Positions 1 through 11,871 of a stretch of 64,000 nt of DNA are shown piece by piece (positions within the stretch are counted from its first letter, which is position 1; every line of letters begins with the position of its first letter). Below the pieces are notes generated by a model. The model did not search any database and was not told the origin of the DNA. It worked only from the letters and a program-made list of their open reading frames with translations. The stretch lies in the IMG/VR virus record IMGVR_UViG_3300027963_000035, positions 187,266 through 251,265 of that record; one strand, 5' to 3'. The translations under genes and the position numbers were made by a program.

Positions 1-1325
1 TTGTATCGAATAACATCACCAAAAGGAGGCTTAACATCACTGGTCAATACCCACAATGTATTGAACTTTTTAGGATCTTCTCCAAATTCCCCATAACCAT
101 CTGTGAAAAATACACAATAATCAGGGCGAATCTTTTTGTCAACAAGATGCTTGAACACCGGAACGAAATCAGTCCCGCCACCACCCTGCAAACAAGGCAG
201 GGGTTGATTGCTATTAATCCAACGACCAGTGTAAACATCTGCATCGCAGTCCATAAAGTAAATATTAGCATTCAATTGCTTTCGGATACCATCAAGTTCC
301 GAAATAGCATTTTTGAGATCTTCTTCACTCATGCTGCCACTTGTATCAATGGCGTATGCAATCTTAGGCTGATTAGGCCCGTGATAACTCGGGAACACGA
401 AATCACGATCAAGGAATCGCTTGTTAGGCATACTCCAATTAGTATCGGCCTTGGCAAGACGGTCAGTTCCAAACCTGAGTTTCTCACGCAACTTACTAAG
501 CCAATCAATCTTGGGACGAAGATGACTGACAATCATACGCTCCATACCAGCAGGAAGCAAACCCTGACTCTTACTGATGTTGAAGGCGTCCGAAACTGCT
601 CGACGTACATAGTCTTTCATTTCACGACTAATTTGTTCCTTATTCTTACCGTTCTTCTTAGGAAGAGGAACTCGTCGCTCACGAATATCTACATACTTCT
701 TGCCATCACCATCACCATCTTGATTATCTTCGCCTTCATTTTCATCGAACGATTCAATAAAAATATCAATCTTGATTTTTGGAAGTTTATCGGCTTCCTT
801 TTCAATGATATTGTAGATTTGCTCAACATTCATCTTGTCATACTTGTTCTCAGATGAATTAACATCCCAATTCTTATCAAAGCAAATCTTATCAATGATT
901 GGAAAATACTCTTTGCTTCCAAACTGATAATACAAGAAAAGATTAATCGCATAGTCTGCGGCCTTATTCCACAGAACATGATTTCGATTCATAATTCTTG
1001 AACTATGTTCAAAAATAAAGTGACCAATCTCATGTGCAACAAGAAACAAGAATTGCTTATTGTCAAGAGAATTGACGAAATTGAGATTAAAGATGATATG
1101 GCCGTTCTTATCAATACCAGCGGTAGGGATAAAATTATCATCCTTGGTCAAACTATATCGACACCTTTCACTAACACTTCCAAAGAATGGAAAATGATGA
1201 GCGAATCCAAAGATAATAACATCAAGTTTCTTTCGGAAACTATCCTGTTCTTCTTTGGTGACTGTGGAGAATAGATCGACTACTTCCTTCTTAGCCTTAC
1301 TCTTTTTTGCAAGTGCTTGTGACAT
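1..1325 (-). CDS. DUF2201-type putative metallopeptidase + C-terminal vWA domain protein (3' end runs off the window)
   Basis: Hand translation from the ATG at 1325 gives MSQALAKKSK...VAHEIGH (HExxH)...GGGTDFVPVF...FFTDGYG (vWA signature). It lies directly downstream of an AAA+ ATPase. It is missing from the ORF track because the window edge truncates it. Confidence 0.85.
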   Translation of the reverse strand, partial: MSQALAKKSKAKKEVVDLFSTVTKEEQDSFRKKLDVIIFGFAHHFPFFGSVSERCRYSLTKDDNFIPTAGIDKNGHIIFNLNFVNSLDNKQFLFLVAHEIGHFIFEHSSRIMNRNHVLWNKAADYAINLFLYYQFGSKEYFPIIDKICFDKNWDVNSSENKYDKMNVEQIYNIIEKEADKLPKIKIDIFIESFDENEGEDNQDGDGDGKKYVDIRERRVPLPKKNGKNKEQISREMKDYVRRAVSDAFNISKSQGLLPAGMERMIVSHLRPKIDWLSKLREKLRFGTDRLAKADTNWSMPNKRFLDRDFVFPSYHGPNQPKIAYAIDTSGSMSEEDLKNAISELDGIRKQLNANIYFMDCDADVYTGRWINSNQPLPCLQGGGGTDFVPVFKHLVDKKIRPDYCVFFTDGYGEFGEDPKKFNTLWVLTSDVKPPFGDVIRY

Positions 1326-1401
1326 TGTTATTTCTTCCTGATTATTTCGATTATTCCGCTCAGTATTCCGAGTAATGACATCATTGTAGTATGTTGCTCC
1401 T

Positions 1402-2460
1402 TTATGCGAGCATCATGCTACTGGAAATAAGTTCCTGATTCTTTTCAAGCCACTTACTCACCATATCGCTCTTGTAGCAAAGATCACGAATCTTATCATT
1501 GGTCAGAACACGACGAATAAACAACGCACCCGGCTCAGGACTAATATCAATTACGACCTTCATGCAGTTATCAAGAATCTTAGCAGGAGTCTTGCTAGAA
1601 AGCAAGGTGCTTGCAAGATTATTAGCAACAGCATAACTGACGCTGATCCTCTTGTTATCTTCCTTCCACTTACTCTTTCCGGCAATAAGATCTTCCATGT
1701 TGGGAAGATTCTTGCAAATATCAAGATAACTCAGAAGTTCAGTAGCAGGACTTCCGACACAGGCACGAATATCGGCAAGATTCTTGCTACCGGCAAACAA
1801 ATGCTTGCTGACATACCCCCAACTACGAGGATTCGTACTCACGCTATATTCATCGCTTCGATCTTGGAGAAGCAAATCCTTCCTCCAACTAATGAAGCCG
1901 ATAACATCCTCATGAACATTGCTCTTGATTGCCCAATCAACCCAAGTATCATAATCTGGAGTGTAATCATAGACCGCAAATCGGTCAAGAAGGGCTCCAC
2001 TAAGAGGATGAACATGGCACTTATCTTCTGCCCGATTACCAGCAGCAACAATATACCAATCCTTGCCAAGATGGTGAGGCCCAACCTTGCGGTCAAGAAC
2101 CAACTGCAATGCCGCATTTTGAGTTGATGGGGGAGCAGTATTAATTTCATCAAGGAAGATAATTCCTCGACCCTGCCACGGGATGAACTCTGGCCTAACC
2201 CATTCAACATGGGTTGCAGTCCCCTTTTCATTCTTCTGAATGATAGGGAGTCCACGAAGATCAATACTGTCGAGGATATTAAGGCGAAGATCAATCATCA
2301 TATCATCATCGCCATCACGACTCTGATGAACCTGTTCGCTCTTACCAATGCCGGGAGGGCCAAAGATCATCATAGGAAGATTGATGTTGCGATTACGACG
2401 AACAACATCAGTGATTCGGCCGTTGATAAGATTCTTATGAAGATTCAATCCGTCGCTCAT
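1402..2460 (-). CDS. MoxR/CbbQ-like AAA+ ATPase
   Basis: Walker A GPPGIGKS, Walker B IIFLDEIN, AAGN, ALLDRF; paired with the vWA gene. Confidence 0.9.
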   Translation of the reverse strand: MSDGLNLHKNLINGRITDVVRRNRNINLPMMIFGPPGIGKSEQVHQSRDGDDDMMIDLRLNILDSIDLRGLPIIQKNEKGTATHVEWVRPEFIPWQGRGIIFLDEINTAPPSTQNAALQLVLDRKVGPHHLGKDWYIVAAGNRAEDKCHVHPLSGALLDRFAVYDYTPDYDTWVDWAIKSNVHEDVIGFISWRKDLLLQDRSDEYSVSTNPRSWGYVSKHLFAGSKNLADIRACVGSPATELLSYLDICKNLPNMEDLIAGKSKWKEDNKRISVSYAVANNLASTLLSSKTPAKILDNCMKVVIDISPEPGALFIRRVLTNDKIRDLCYKSDMVSKWLEKNQELISSSMMLA

Positions 2461-2524
2461 TATTCAACCCTTGTAAAGTGGAAATTAGATTATCGCCAAT
2501 AACCCTTGGCGACCTGCACTGGTC

Positions 2525-2544
2525 AACCGTACCGGAGGGAAACT
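2525..2544 (-). promoter_or_regulatory. Conserved phage promoter-like motif GTTTC-N5-GGTACGGT (first of ~18 copies)
   Basis: Copies start near 2525, 4954, 6977, 9768, 11853, 17493, 19176, 26511, 31922, 32256, 47827, 48385, 52867, 55365, 56550, 57915, 60185 and 60288. All have the same orientation and lie upstream of minus-strand gene or RNA starts. Confidence 0.8.
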
Positions 2545-2886
2545 TTACCAAAAATTACTCATCCCAACTATCCCAACTATCTTCTTCTTTTTTGAAATAT
2601 TCTTCAATCCACCAACCAACCCAGTTATTGATTTCTTTTTTCTTTTCTTCACTAAGATTTTCATACTTTATAAAACTACCGAGGAGATCATTTTTTCCAT
2701 CGGCACTATAGAGTGTCATTTTAAAAGTATATCCATAAATATCTGTATATCCACCTTCTTTTGGAGAATATTCTGTTTCTGGTTCGTAAGGAATATACTC
2801 GCAATCAACATCGCAAACAAAACTTGCGAGAATATTTTCTCCGAACAATTCACCATTATCAGTTTCGATAATAACTTCACGAATAC

Positions 2887-3465
2887 TCATGCTTCATCGT
2901 CTGTTGGGATATCATAGACATCTTCGTAGTCATATTGATGGCAATTTTCCTCGATTTCATCGTAATATTCACCAAACAATATGTCAGAAAGACTTTCGCT
3001 GACCGATACCCTCGCACCAGTACCATTTGCAGCCGTACATTCGTTCCACTCTGGCTCATTGTTATGATCAATTTCAATATCGCAACAGTAATCATCTGTT
3101 ACGAAGTATTTAATTTCTTCTATATTTTCTTCCGACCAAGAACTTGAATAACCTGGTGAATAGCAAAGGATAGACTCAAGTTCTTTTGACTCATTTTTTG
3201 TTACAAAATCAATATAAGCTTTAACAAATCTTTTGTTCATACTATTGTAGGTGTTCTCAATCATCCTCAAAAGTATTTCACTATGCAGTCTATCGCAAAG
3301 TCGGTCTTTTTTGATCTTCACAGCATACAGACAGGCATACTTTGGGGAAACTGATGAAAAGACTAGCCCTTCATCTTCCCCGGAGTATGATCCTTTCAAA
3401 ACATTGAGAGCATACAAGTATGCAAATTTTGGATTGAATTCTATGTTATATGTGAAATTTCTCAT
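2887..3465 (-). CDS. Hypothetical protein with N-terminal YAxxV(I/L)KxR helical repeat module and acidic C-terminus
   Basis: FAYLYALNVLKG and YACLYAVKIKKDRL resemble the repeats of 32253-33131. Confidence 0.6.
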   Translation of the reverse strand: MRNFTYNIEFNPKFAYLYALNVLKGSYSGEDEGLVFSSVSPKYACLYAVKIKKDRLCDRLHSEILLRMIENTYNSMNKRFVKAYIDFVTKNESKELESILCYSPGYSSSWSEENIEEIKYFVTDDYCCDIEIDHNNEPEWNECTAANGTGARVSVSESLSDILFGEYYDEIEENCHQYDYEDVYDIPTDDEA

Positions 3466-4302
3466 TCATCATCAATGATAGATGGTAAGAATATCATCCA
3501 CAACACGAACAAAATAACTGTGGGAGATCTTACACTTGGTCAATCCATCTTCTTCGATATTAGACCAAATATTGATTCTATAGTTATATCCGAAAACATT
3601 TACAACCTTGATCTTGAAATAATTCTTTGGCTTTTCAACCTGCTTGAAAAGCAAATTAAGAACTTGGTCGTCACTGATACTAACCGCCTCATTTTTATCC
3701 ATGTTTTCCTTTACTTTTTCAGCTTTAAGCTTCACTGTATTTATCCTTTCTTTAAATAAACCTGTGAGGTTTACAAACAAAAAATCTTAAAATCTTACCC
3801 AAATTATACTCGTTTTTGCTCTTGATTATCTTAACAGTATCGTGGTCTAGTATCTTGACTTTATCATCTGGGCTCATTGTTAGTTCGCACATTTCGCCCC
3901 AAAAAAGACCTAATTCACTATCATGATATTCTATGTCATGGCAAGGGCTATAAAGTCGATCTTCATTATGATCAATTTCTATAAAAATATGATCGTTATT
4001 AAAATGCTCCAGAATTTCTTTGAGTGAAATTTCTCTAAAACAATCTATGCCCTTATTTTTAGCCATTTTTTAGATAAAAATTGCCTTTGATGGCTACTAC
4101 TTGATCATTCATTTCTTCAATGAATCTACCAATTGTTGTATGAGAAGGATCAATTTGTAGATGTATCGACTGTTCTAGACTTAACTTCACACCAGTTTTA
4201 AATAATTCATAGTAATAAGACTCCCCTACGCCAGAGGATAACAACCTTTTGCAAAGTTGCACATAATCTTCGGCAACCATGAATTATTTCTATTAAAAAT
4301 GT

Positions 4303-4614
4303 TTATCGAAGTTGTTCCGAAAGCACAGTATATGCTGCAATAATTTTTTTAGCAACTATCGGATCACCACCTCTATCTGGGTGGTGAATTTTCATTAGAT
4401 TTCTATACGAATTATTCAGCATTTCAATGGTGGGCATTTCATTAAAACCCATCACAGAAAGAGGATTATTATTCTTGATTTGCTTTCTGGCTTCATCAAG
4501 ATTCATCTTTTCTGTAAAAGTTTGGTTCCACTCTTTTACATTTCCCCTGCCGTGTGAATCGTCATAGGTTTTATAGCGAGAAAAAATATCACTAAAGTTT
4601 CTTTTCTTAGCCAT
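4303..4614 (-). CDS. J-domain (DnaJ-like) protein
   Basis: C-terminal YRNLMKIHHPDRGGD...IIAAYTVL with the HPD motif; probable start is the ATG at 4614. Confidence 0.8.
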   Translation of the reverse strand: MAKKRNFSDIFSRYKTYDDSHGRGNVKEWNQTFTEKMNLDEARKQIKNNNPLSVMGFNEMPTIEMLNNSYRNLMKIHHPDRGGDPIVAKKIIAAYTVLSEQLR

Positions 4615-4848
4615 TTTCTTTCCTGAAACTATCCAGCATTTTAGTTCGTTGTTTTTCACTATCTCTGATTAGATCAACAACCTTGCCAAGATTTGTGTCA
4701 AGGTTTGTTTCAATTCTTTGGATTTCTCTTTGGATTTCTTTGAGCCTATCTCTCAATAAAACGAAAGGCTTGAGAACGTCCTCGACTAACAAGTTTGTGA
4801 TTTCAGAGGGGATAAGCATTTAATTTAATTTAACCAAATCAAGCAAAT

Positions 4849-4930
4849 TGAACCATAGGGAGTCGAACCCTTCCTTACCGGCCGCCCATTAGAAGGAACT
4901 GTTAATAAGACAGTTGGCTGCGAATAGTTC
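4849..4930 (-). ncRNA. D-armless tRNA-like RNA
   Basis: Acceptor-like stem GAACTAT/ATGGTTC plus A; T-arm AGGG-TTCGACT-CCCT; stem AACTGT/ACAGTT with 7-nt loop CTTATTA. It starts just downstream of the promoter motif at 4954. Confidence 0.55.
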
Positions 4931-4987
4931 TACATTTGTTCAGGACAACCCACAACCGTACCAGAGGGAAACTTGATCCTCTTGATC

Positions 4988-5491
4988 CTAGTCGCTACTA
5001 TCGCAACCATAAATATTGCCACATTCACTGCATTCATGAACGTGCCAACAATTTCCAAGATGCTTAATACCTCTGTAATTACATTCTTGGAAACTCAGTT
5101 CGTGATATTTGTGATCACAACCAAAATGAAATACACGAACTTTACCCTCCCAATAATCATTGGTAATAGCATATCCATGATGTTCGTCAATGTAATACAA
5201 ATTGAAATCATGATAAGTATCCCGGCCTTCATGAAGAATTTCACCGGTCTTTTCATCTCTAGTAGACAAACTCTTAATTATGAATTGGCGAAATTCTTTA
5301 TGGAAGAAACTATGGACGCTAAAATATGGACTTCTGGCCCATTCTTTCTCTGTGATTTCTCTCAGGTTAGGAGGGGCATCATTATATCCACCAAACTTAG
5401 TTGAGTCAAATTCTGCAATGGTTGTCATTTTAATTTCTCTTTTTAGTACCAACTTACAAGTCGATGACCATTCATAGCGTGTGCTATCCAC
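4988..5491 (-). CDS. Hypothetical protein with C-terminal Cys/His cluster
   Basis: CDH...CWH...CSEC; ORF track. Confidence 0.55.
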   Translation of the reverse strand: MDSTRYEWSSTCKLVLKREIKMTTIAEFDSTKFGGYNDAPPNLREITEKEWARSPYFSVHSFFHKEFRQFIIKSLSTRDEKTGEILHEGRDTYHDFNLYYIDEHHGYAITNDYWEGKVRVFHFGCDHKYHELSFQECNYRGIKHLGNCWHVHECSECGNIYGCDSSD

Positions 5492-5767
5492 ATTTCAACG
5501 AAATCTTCGTACTCTTTTTCGTCAATGGGATATTCAAAATACTTCTTTGCCTTACCATACCCAACATTGCGAAGAATGTCTGCGACTTTCATCACATCAT
5601 CAACTTCAATAATGTCTGAGTAAAGACTTACTCCTGTCAATTTTTCTACAAAACTATTGTAGACCTTGCCACGAAAACTTTGATTTCCATTACCGCTACA
5701 AATGCCGCCACTAACATTATATTCCCCATCAATGTTTGCTGGCTTTCCATCTTCCATTTGCCAGTAA

Positions 5768-6460
5768 TTATCCAATCCCACTAGTATTCTCCTTCAAGAA
5801 ATCTTGACCATAAGTTTCAATCCAGCACTTAGCAGGATTATAATAACTTTGCTGCTTTGCCATCGCACTCAACAATATTTTTTTGTGAAAATCCTTCTTA
5901 TCTTTTTCTTTAAGAATCTTCATATATTCTTGTATCTTAGTATATCCTTGGTCTAAAATCCATTTTTCTGCCATCTTCCACCTTCTATTTTTCAAGAAGG
6001 TTTTTGCATAATCAACATTCCTGCTTGAACAAGCAATCTTATTTTCAACTGACTTTTTGAGTCTTTCTTTTGAAATGTTTTTTGCATAAAGAAAACTATA
6101 ATTAGTATCCCAACGGGGATTAAAAATAGATCCCTCTGCTTTATTATTCTCAGCGAGTTTGAACCTTCCCTTGATAACAAACCTTGAATAAGAGTAACTG
6201 CTATATGCTTCTTTTGCGATAATAGATTCTGCTTCCGGCCAACGCTTTTTCAATACATATCGAGCATAAAGATAACTACTTCGGGGACATTGAAGAATTG
6301 TTTTCTCAGCCTTGGGCCAAGGCTTCATCAGAACGTATCGAGCATATTCACATGCCTTATGTGCTGCTTCGTATTTGTAAGGAATAGCATTAAGAATAAT
6401 ATTTTCTGCTTGCTTATTCTTCCTTGAAACATACATATCAATTCTAATTCTCATACTCAC
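5768..6460 (-). CDS. YARxVxKxRWxEAE repeat-family protein
   Basis: Repeats such as YARYVLMKPWPKAE and YARYVLKKRWPEAE. Confidence 0.7.
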   Translation of the reverse strand: MSMRIRIDMYVSRKNKQAENIILNAIPYKYEAAHKACEYARYVLMKPWPKAEKTILQCPRSSYLYARYVLKKRWPEAESIIAKEAYSSYSYSRFVIKGRFKLAENNKAEGSIFNPRWDTNYSFLYAKNISKERLKKSVENKIACSSRNVDYAKTFLKNRRWKMAEKWILDQGYTKIQEYMKILKEKDKKDFHKKILLSAMAKQQSYYNPAKCWIETYGQDFLKENTSGIG

Positions 6461-7001
6461 AATCCTTGCTTGTAATTAAGTGTATTATTTTCCCAATTTT
6501 TATTCTTTTCAAAACTACTCAATATCTTCCACTTATCATATCTTGATTTCAAAAGTGGAAAGTCATCCATAAAGAAATAGAATCCAATATTCATTGGACA
6601 TTTTCCGAATTTATGACCGGGACAACCACTACCTGTATGGAATCCCCTGAATCCTTTATAGCCAAAAAGATGCTGGTCTGCGTCGGTGAGATGCCCTATA
6701 CGGCAATATGGATTTTGATTAGAATTTACAAGACAACTAATACTACCGATCCAGCCGTTATATCCCGTTGGTATATGTTTCTTATAACCGCCCCAATTAG
6801 TTTCTTCATTCAAAGGAGATCCATGATAATTGCTAACGGTATCAAATCTTAATTCTATTTTAAGATTTGATATTGCGGTATCATAGAATTCTTTCGATTT
6901 AGTGACAAGCATATCGCCAAGATCACTAACCCGCTCCAGATTAAGCCGGATATAATCGGAGTTTTCCATATCCTCAAACCGTACCGGAGGGAAACTTCCG
7001 G

Positions 7002-7214
7002 CTACTTTTGGAAAACGTTTATAATATCCCCGATATTTTCTATCTGAAGAATTTCGTCCTCGGTCAATCTCTTGCCTAATTCTTCTTCTATGGCAAACAG
7101 CATTTCAACTTTAGCGAAACTATCTTCCACTAATTCTGAAAGATTAGTATCTTTGCTAACTTCCTTGTCAAACTTGCTGAAGATGATATCTTTAATTCTT
7201 TCTTCCATTGACAT
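7002..7214 (-). CDS. acpP: Acyl carrier protein
   Basis: 70 aa, acidic; L-x-x-DS(F) phosphopantetheine site followed by VEMLFAIEEELG (ACP helix II). Confidence 0.75.
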   Translation of the reverse strand: MSMEERIKDIIFSKFDKEVSKDTNLSELVEDSFAKVEMLFAIEEELGKRLTEDEILQIENIGDIINVFQK

Positions 7215-9075
7215 CCCTGTATTCTATGTCTTTGAGAATTTCTCGCTGTGTTTCAATTAGTGTGTCGGCAACACCACAAGATGAATCCATATTTCGTTTC
7301 CACTCATAATGCTTTTCAACACGCTTGACATTATATCCACGTTCAAGACAAAATTTTTGAAGTTCTTGAAATTTCATAGATATCTCCTATTACAAATTAT
7401 CAATATTTTTTTCAATGAAATCAGCAATATCATTGAATGAATATTCACCATCATTCATTTCAGTTAGGTATGCTTTGCCAAGCAAATCGCTTTTGACATA
7501 TCCAATATCCGATCCGATTCCTGCCCAATTTCGAACCTTTTTAGATAAAGCGCCAGTGCTGCCGTCAAAAGTATGAATGCTATCTTTATCGCTTAACTCG
7601 CCAATCCACATCAAAGATTCTTCGATATTTTCTTCTTTATTAGATTCATAGTAAATTTCACAAAGAACGCCCAAACAACAGTGGGAGGTTTTACCTTCTA
7701 CGGTTCTTTTAAGATAATTTTTACCCTGAGTATAGTCACCAGATCGTAATGCTTCGGCCCACTTTTCTGCTATTTCTTTTTTCATTTTATTTTCTTAATC
7801 AAATCCTAACAGAATATAAAATCAAATATCTGTATATAAGTTGGAGGACAAAATGAAATACAGATTGTTAGTGATTTTTTTAGTTTCTTTTTTAATTGGA
7901 TCGTTTTCCCTTAATGTGATTCACTATGAAGCCATGATTAGAGCAGAAAACGATAAAAAGTTCAATGAAAATTTCTATTCAGAAATTATAAACAAATTAC
8001 ATAAGAGAATAATAGAGTCAGAAATTTAATGTATTGGGTTTATTTTTTCCACCAATTGGCATCATCATTGTCCTCGTTGTGAATATCTAATCTTTTTGAT
8101 TCTAGTTTGACTATTTCATAAAGAGCATCTAATTGGTCTGAAAGAATATCTACTCTTTTAGATAAGAGACTATTAATTTCATCTTGTAGTTTCATTTCTT
8201 TTTGAATATTTCTAGATAAAATCGCAACTGTGCAGACAATGCCGATCAGATAACTGATGATGAAAATCAAAATGTCTGTGGTTGTCATTATTACTCTATA
8301 AGCACTTTAATCTGGGCATTCAATTATTAGATGGGAATCGTCATTGGCGTAACATTCTACTTGAGTTTTTTGATTGATAAGTGTTTCTGTAGTATTTCGT
8401 GCAAAAACTCTTAACAACTCCCTTAGATCATCTACATCCAGGTCTGTTTTAATACGGAAACAATAATGACGATAAGTTTGAGACTTTATTCTTTCTATTG
8501 CACCGTCAAGATTTTTACTGAGAAGAATTAAATGATCTTTTATTTTCCTGACACATTTTAACTCTTTTTTATCAAGATGCCAATCAAAATAAACTACACG
8601 GATCTTTTTCTTTAGAAATTTTTCAATTTCTTTTAGATCTTTTTCCACCGCTTCTTTCAGCAGGGTTTTTGGGTCAACGAAATTGTCAAGTAGTTTTTTA
8701 TTCATTTACTTGAATTTTGTCATCTACAATAAAAGAATCAATAAATTTAGCCAGTTCTTTTAGTTCATTTCTGGTGATCGGAGGTTGAACATAATGGCTG
8801 CTTAAACTAATGTTAAGATTATCTCCATTTTCCTTTAAATGAAAAATGAAATTTTGGCCGGTGTAAGTGTGCTTGGTTTCCATTAGTTATCATCCTTAAC
8901 AATTTAGTAACTGCACTCTTTTAGGTCACGCTCAATAGTCTTTTCAATTAGTTCATTAATAAATTCTAAATCATAAACTTTCATGTTGTATTCTTCCATG
9001 AGTTTAAGAATTTTTTCACCTAGTTCGCAGAAATTGTTTTCCATAACCTAGGCTCCTAGTAAGGACATTGGGGCG

Positions 9076-9453
9076 TTAGACTGAAACTTCTTCTTCGTCT
9101 TTCATTTCAAAGACTGTGGGGGCTTTAAAATCCCTATTTCCCGTCATCCAACTCTTGATCTTCATTTCACGAAAGTAATCACTAACTGTGGGGATAAATC
9201 CCAAATCTTCTTTAACGTGCTGTTCACCAATAAAACGAACAGGAATTTCTCTGCCGTTACTATTGGTGATTGTAATGCCGAAAATCTTTTCACACATAAA
9301 GATTCCTTCGCTATGATGCCTTAAAGCACGATGGCGAATATCGGCCATATGACTCTTGCTTTCATCAAACCAATCATGAATGGCCTGATAATCGGCGGGA
9401 ATTCCTCCCCACTTTTTAGCACTACTGATAGAGTGATGATATGGGTGAGACAT
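9076..9453 (-). CDS. Conserved His-rich phage protein (DUF6915-like)
   Basis: HPYHHSISSAKKWGG...IHDWFDESK...RHRALRHHSEG...EQHVKEDLG. Confidence 0.7.
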   Translation of the reverse strand: MSHPYHHSISSAKKWGGIPADYQAIHDWFDESKSHMADIRHRALRHHSEGIFMCEKIFGITITNSNGREIPVRFIGEQHVKEDLGFIPTVSDYFREMKIKSWMTGNRDFKAPTVFEMKDEEEVSV

Positions 9454-9728
9454 TACTTCAGCCTCTTGTTCTTAGGACGATTATCGGCAATGGCAGTATT
9501 GCCGTGAATCTCACTAGGATCAAGATTACAACCGTTCAAAAGATGCTTGCAATATCGGCGGCTACAATATGCAGGGCAAGAACAACCCCAACGACCAGAT
9601 TCCTTATTCTGTGCAACAATATAGATGCGATTGCTGCTTTCGCTGCGAATCTGAATACGGTTAGTCCACTGTGCATTATCTGGCAGACTAACACCACCAG
9701 CCGGCATACGAATCGTAATATCACTCAT
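9453..9728 (-). CDS. SWIM zinc-finger protein
   Basis: WGCSCPAY...CKH (CxC-xn-CxH). Confidence 0.75.
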   Translation of the reverse strand: MSDITIRMPAGGVSLPDNAQWTNRIQIRSESSNRIYIVAQNKESGRWGCSCPAYCSRRYCKHLLNGCNLDPSEIHGNTAIADNRPKNKRLK

Positions 9729-9807
9729 TTATTTTTCTCCTGTATTTGTGAAGTCTACCCGATACCAAACCGTACCGCAGGGAAACCAGGAGGGCAAGGA
9801 GGGGGGA

Positions 9808-10422
9808 TTATATTTCAAGACTACAAGTTTCTAATTCATTTAAGCATCTAAAATTAGTTCCATTGACTGTCATTTGCCAACTCTTATGGTAGTGTCCAAA
9901 ATACCAACTTTTTGGTTGGTAAATATTAAACAATTCTTGCAAGAAATATCCTGTTTGATTTTGATACATCTGAGTATGTGGATCCAACAAATAAGGAGAA
10001 ATAGTTTCCGGACAATCATGCGTGAGCATAATATCCGGCTTGATGCTTCTATAAAGTTCCCTAGCCTTCATGAATTGTTCAACAGACACTTGTTCTTCTG
10101 ACCACCAATCAATTCCGATAGTTCTGTATTGTTTATCAATACTATATGCTCCACGGTAGTAGAAAAAATCTATTCCGTTGAAATTAACCATGTATCCATA
10201 GTCGCCAAGATAATGTGGAATATTAATTATTTTTGAATAGTTATCGTGATTACCGCCGACAATAACAAACTTTTTTGGATCGACATTATCTAATGTAGAA
10301 AAATCGAAACCCAGGTCGCCAATTTGGACTATGTATTCATGACGATCTTTCTCACGAATTATTTCGTGCATACGTCTATATTTGCCGTGAACATCACCCA
10401 AAATAGTAATAATTTTTTTCAT
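9808..10422 (-). CDS. Calcineurin-like metallophosphoesterase
   Basis: GDVHG, GDLG, GNHD, THD and GHYH motifs. Confidence 0.9.
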   Translation of the reverse strand: MKKIITILGDVHGKYRRMHEIIREKDRHEYIVQIGDLGFDFSTLDNVDPKKFVIVGGNHDNYSKIINIPHYLGDYGYMVNFNGIDFFYYRGAYSIDKQYRTIGIDWWSEEQVSVEQFMKARELYRSIKPDIMLTHDCPETISPYLLDPHTQMYQNQTGYFLQELFNIYQPKSWYFGHYHKSWQMTVNGTNFRCLNELETCSLEI

Positions 10423-10434
10423 AAAAAATAAAAT

Positions 10435-10495
10435 AACCCTCCGCACGAACCTATTAGGGTCACGAACCTATTAGAGTGTCGTGCGGAGGGTTTTT
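10435..10495. terminator. Bidirectional terminator-like hairpin with an internal 14-nt direct repeat
   Basis: AACCCTCCGCACGA...TCGTGCGGAGGGTT, with CACGAACCTATTAG present twice; A/T runs on both flanks. Confidence 0.6.
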
Positions 10496-10509
10496 AACAA
10501 TAAATTAGA

Positions 10510-10917
10510 TTAGCGATAACGGCGGCAGCAATACCATTTGCCATTATTGCCTTGTGCATAACCTACGTCAACAGTCGTGAGGTTGCTATTAGCATAGCAG
10601 CAGTTGTTGTATGCGGCCTGTTGGGAGGAACCGCTCCCGCAACCCTCATACCCGCTGTTGCCTCCCCAGTGACCAACACGGCCCGTACGAGCCATGATTT
10701 CGGCAACACCCTGAGCCGAACTGGTATCGCTATAACTTCTGGTTGGAGTTTCAGAAGTATAACTATATTGCCGTGGGGTATCTCCCCCAGTATAACTGTA
10801 TGTCTTTGGGGCAGAATAAGTCGGGGTATTATAGGTGTTATAACTGCGTCGAGGACGAGCGTGAGCAACACCACTAATCAGAACACAAACAAAAAGAGCA
10901 GCAACAAGACGATTCAT
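10510..10917 (-). CDS. Secreted Cys-containing protein (signal peptide)
   Basis: MNRLVAALFVCVLISGVAHA|RPRR...; C-terminal CC motifs. Confidence 0.65.
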   Translation of the reverse strand: MNRLVAALFVCVLISGVAHARPRRSYNTYNTPTYSAPKTYSYTGGDTPRQYSYTSETPTRSYSDTSSAQGVAEIMARTGRVGHWGGNSGYEGCGSGSSQQAAYNNCCYANSNLTTVDVGYAQGNNGKWYCCRRYR

Positions 10918-11871
10918 ACTAACCTCCATGAAATGAAACATATGGTATGATATGTTTCCTCCTAATCAAACTCCCCATACCGGGAACCAGAATACTGTAG
11001 TGTATTGAATCAATTTTGGCAAGTGGAATAAATTGTTTTGCCCATCTTACCTAACCTATTCAAAATTCCGGTTCGATGGGTTCATATGCGTCATATTGAC
11101 TCATAATATCCGTACGAAATTTACCCAACTTTTCTTTTTTACAACTAGAACAGCATTTAGTCAATGGAATATTATATCCATCGTAGATCCACTCGCTAAT
11201 CTTACCGCTTCCACAATTGCATTCGTGGCTTTTTACATTAGGTTCATTCATTACATTTCTCCAAGAAAGTCTCGGAGCATACGGGCAGTCTCAATAAAAT
11301 GCAAGCCCTTTGCGTGGGCTTCTTCTATGATGCTGTCCACTCCATCATAAATGCTCTCTGGATAATTCGCCAGAATCTCATAAAGAGGAAGTGTGCTGTA
11401 TTCATTCTCAAAATACCAATCGGTTTTGTTTTTGTATTCGGCAATATCAAGATTATTCATTACAAATACCTTTGAATAAGACGATCAATCATTCCAAATA
11501 TAATCCAAGGAATTGGACTCAAGGCAATGCCAATTGAAAACAAAATAGATAATACAGAAATAATAATTAACGAATACATCCCGTACTCCAATTCTTGGGC
11601 ATACTTTCAATCTTGCAACCAAAACTTTCCCAACGCCCCACAGTCCAAGGAAACTTGCTTTCGCTTTTAACGTAGACTTCCCAACCACGCTGGTAGTTCT
11701 TGATTGTACCCTCAATCTTACTGCTCATTTCCTCTGTGGCAGGGGATGCAGTATCATACCGGAGCATATCCAGTGGAAATTCACCATTACCAGTAATTTT
11801 AGCGTACTTCATATCAGTCTCTTAAAAAAAGTTTTAATCTGTTCCTACCAACAACCGTACCCGAAAGAAAC

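Noticed and set aside
147-1274. Plus-strand ORFs 147-857 and 1005-1274
   Set aside because: They are antisense shadows of the minus-strand DUF2201/vWA gene.
2525-2544. GGAGG in the repeated motif as a Shine-Dalgarno site
   Set aside because: It is on the strand opposite the adjacent genes, and is replaced by AAAAA in many copies.
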